Shown: one piece after another, positions 62,098 to 64,000 of the stretch
How the letters are laid out: the number at the start of each line of letters is the position of its first letter
How positions within the stretch are numbered: the first letter of the stretch is position 1
Assembly: GCA_963766335.1 (NCBI GenBank)
Contig: CAVXZA010000002.1
Span: 1,037,386-1,101,385, forward strand
Source of the DNA: an uncultured Clostridia bacterium
Lineage (GTDB): Bacteria > Bacillota > Clostridia > DUPQ01
Reading direction: 5' to 3'
Length of the DNA: 64,000 nucleotides
Position numbers and translations under genes: made by a program
Notes under the pieces: model-generated
What the model saw: the letters and a program-made list of their open reading frames with translations, nothing else
What the model was told of the DNA's origin: nothing
The model's database searches: none

Positions 62098-63885
62098 ATG
62101 AAAAGGATTTTAAAAAATAATTTAGGAATGACACTGGTAGAAGTCTTGTTGGCTATTCTGATATTTGTTCTAATGATTTGGACTTTCGCGCCCTTTGTAG
62201 CAGCTACTTTTAAACAAATAGCCCAGGCAGGCACACTGCATGTTGAGCTTTCTGAAGATGTTAGCAATATAGACGGCCAGCTTGCCGATGAATTTTTCGG
62301 GGCCCCTAGTACATTTCCCGTGAAGGTTGGGGGCGATGATAACATAGATGTTAATGGAGTTCATCTTACCAGCGGACAACTCCATACTTTCTATTCCGGC
62401 ATAACATCATATATCACCACTGATGACATACTATATGAGGGATATGGGTCCGATGACTTTTACACCGGGTTTTATTCAATTGGCTTCCTTCCGGAAGTAT
62501 CTAATAAAAAGTTTTTCAAAAACCAGCATACTTGGGTTGTTGAGCTAGTCGGTAAGGATGGATTTATATATATGGTGGATGAGGAGATTGATGTGGTTCA
62601 ACAGGATGGAAATCCTCCGGGATTTGATAAAAATGATATAGATCCTGACACTGTTGATGACTTGTCAGGCGTATTCATTGTAGCAAGCCAGTTTCCCGAT
62701 GGTGCAGGAGGTAATCCTGACAAGATTGCTTATATATGCATAGTTCCGGATAAGTACGGGTTGGATAATACCAACTCTCCATATGGATTAGCAATAAAAT
62801 CAAAAGACAAGGGACAGACTTTTGTTGATGAACAAATACCAATTAACGTCATGCTGCCCCTGTATCAGGCCGTTGGCGAAGATGGTTGGGAAAGGATTGC
62901 AAGTCATATCGATTACTGGGTTGATAAGCATGAGTACCATGATCCCGATTACGGGGACGAGGGTATTGATGTAATAAGACTTCCGGAGAATGTCGATTTT
63001 TATGATGTCATGTGGTATGAAGATGATTCTATAGGATTATACATAACTGTCGGAGACGACGGCAATCTCTGGTACAGATACCATGAATCAGACTGGATTG
63101 AAATGGATTTAGTTGTCTCAGGCGACCTCAACAGGATTAAACGCCTCGGAGGTATGTTTGTAGCAATCGGATCGAATGGTACTGTTATAACATCAAATGA
63201 TTTGTCAATATCAACAGACCCTGCAGATATGGGAACAGACCCTTCAGACCCAATGTCATGGGGAACTAACATGGTTACAATTTCGGGAACACCGTCAACA
63301 AAGGATTTAACCGCATTTTCGTATAATTCATCCGTCGGTTATGTAATTATGGCTTCCGATGGCACGGTTTATACTTCATCGGATTTGTCGACCTACACAG
63401 AACATAGTACCGCTGCATCAGGAATAACAGATGCTTCTGTCACTTCGGTTATAATAAATGACATGGTATGGATGGGAAGCCACTTTATTGCCGTAGGCGA
63501 CGACAATTATATAGCTGTTTCTCCAGACGGAACAAACTGGACTATACTTGAACCGTCATCTACAATTGATTCGCCGAACGGATTTGATGATTTTAACTGT
63601 GTATTCGTTAATAGAAGCCAGGGATTTATACTCGGCGACAGCGGCCAGATTCACATGATTGGTCTTGGCGGTGATGTAGGGTCATGGACATGGACAACTG
63701 TTAGAGCCCATAGTGAAGGCGGGGAAAATCTTTATGACATGTCATATTCCCGAAGGGCTTATGTAGTTGTCGGAGAAGACGGCAAGGTAATGTATTCATT
63801 AAACGGAACGACATGGACGGACACAAACAAGATGGATGGCTTTGATACCGAAAAAGATATATTTGCAGTTGCAGGCAGGGAATAA
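62098..63885 (+). CDS. large prepilin-type (class III signal) protein with C-terminal BNR/Asp-box-like repeats, candidate pilus tip adhesin
   Basis: N-terminal NNLG/MTLVEVLLAILIF prepilin cleavage/methylation-type segment. The C-terminal half has repeated S-x-D/N-G-T-x-W(T) motifs (SPDGTNWT, SLNGTTWT, GSWTWTT) and D/NGTV(I/Y)TS repeats. Confidence 0.55.
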   Translation: MKRILKNNLGMTLVEVLLAILIFVLMIWTFAPFVAATFKQIAQAGTLHVELSEDVSNIDGQLADEFFGAPSTFPVKVGGDDNIDVNGVHLTSGQLHTFYSGITSYITTDDILYEGYGSDDFYTGFYSIGFLPEVSNKKFFKNQHTWVVELVGKDGFIYMVDEEIDVVQQDGNPPGFDKNDIDPDTVDDLSGVFIVASQFPDGAGGNPDKIAYICIVPDKYGLDNTNSPYGLAIKSKDKGQTFVDEQIPINVMLPLYQAVGEDGWERIASHIDYWVDKHEYHDPDYGDEGIDVIRLPENVDFYDVMWYEDDSIGLYITVGDDGNLWYRYHESDWIEMDLVVSGDLNRIKRLGGMFVAIGSNGTVITSNDLSISTDPADMGTDPSDPMSWGTNMVTISGTPSTKDLTAFSYNSSVGYVIMASDGTVYTSSDLSTYTEHSTAASGITDASVTSVIINDMVWMGSHFIAVGDDNYIAVSPDGTNWTILEPSSTIDSPNGFDDFNCVFVNRSQGFILGDSGQIHMIGLGGDVGSWTWTTVRAHSEGGENLYDMSYSRRAYVVVGEDGKVMYSLNGTTWTDTNKMDGFDTEKDIFAVAGRE

Positions 63886-63888
63886 GAT

Positions 63889-64000
63889 ATGAAGAAAAGC
63901 ATAAGTGAAAAGTATAATATTCTAAAGAACAGCAAAGGCTTTTCGATTGTTGAGCTATTACTGGCACTTGCCCTTCTTCTTATCGCAATTGGACTTGGTT
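63889..64000 (+). CDS. prepilin-type N-terminal domain protein (3' end lies outside the window)
   Basis: MKKSISEKYNILKNSKG/FSIVELLLALALLLIAIGLG is a class III signal with a hydrophobic helix. Confidence 0.5.
   Translation, partial: MKKSISEKYNILKNSKGFSIVELLLALALLLIAIGLG

Overview
This 64 kb window looks like a Clostridia-class Firmicutes chromosome segment. The basis is the presence of mreBCD-mrdA, spoIID-like, queA-tgt-yajC and a SCIFF peptide, plus Gram-positive RBS/promoter style and moderate GC. Positions 1-48,400 are a clean, gene-dense housekeeping region. It contains an asnS 3' end, Asp23, maf, radC, mreBCD-PBP2 and a CobO-like adenosyltransferase. It then has an RlmI-like methyltransferase, RluA, and a lysine-riboswitch-controlled asd-dapA-dapB operon. 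After that come spoIID-like, queA, tgt, yajC, a SCIFF ranthipeptide precursor with no adjacent maturase, gamma-CA, HD and metG. Next are a Gfo/Idh/MocA-TIM-barrel-MFS sugar/inositol-like operon, an NHL/cadherin-like surface protein, and FMN riboswitch-ribU-tyrA. These are followed by a lipoprotein serpin and a long arginine operon, argC-argB-[2-hydroxyacid dehydrogenase + 627-aa unknown]-argD-carA-carB-argF-GNAT, with no argJ. The region ends with an MsmX-like ABC ATPase and pth. From about 48.4 to 60 kb the picture changes abruptly. mfd and a type IV pilus locus (pilA, a PilP-like ORF, secretin-N-domain-like ORFs, pilT, pilC, pilM, pilN, pilO, pilB) are all broken by many frameshifts, more than 25 in total, with only indel-type disruptions noticed. 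The flanking genes, including three downstream pilin-like genes, are intact. This block is either genuine decay of the pilus/mfd genes or a localized sequence-quality problem, and it is the main thing to re-examine. No rRNA, tRNA, CRISPR or obvious mobile element was seen.
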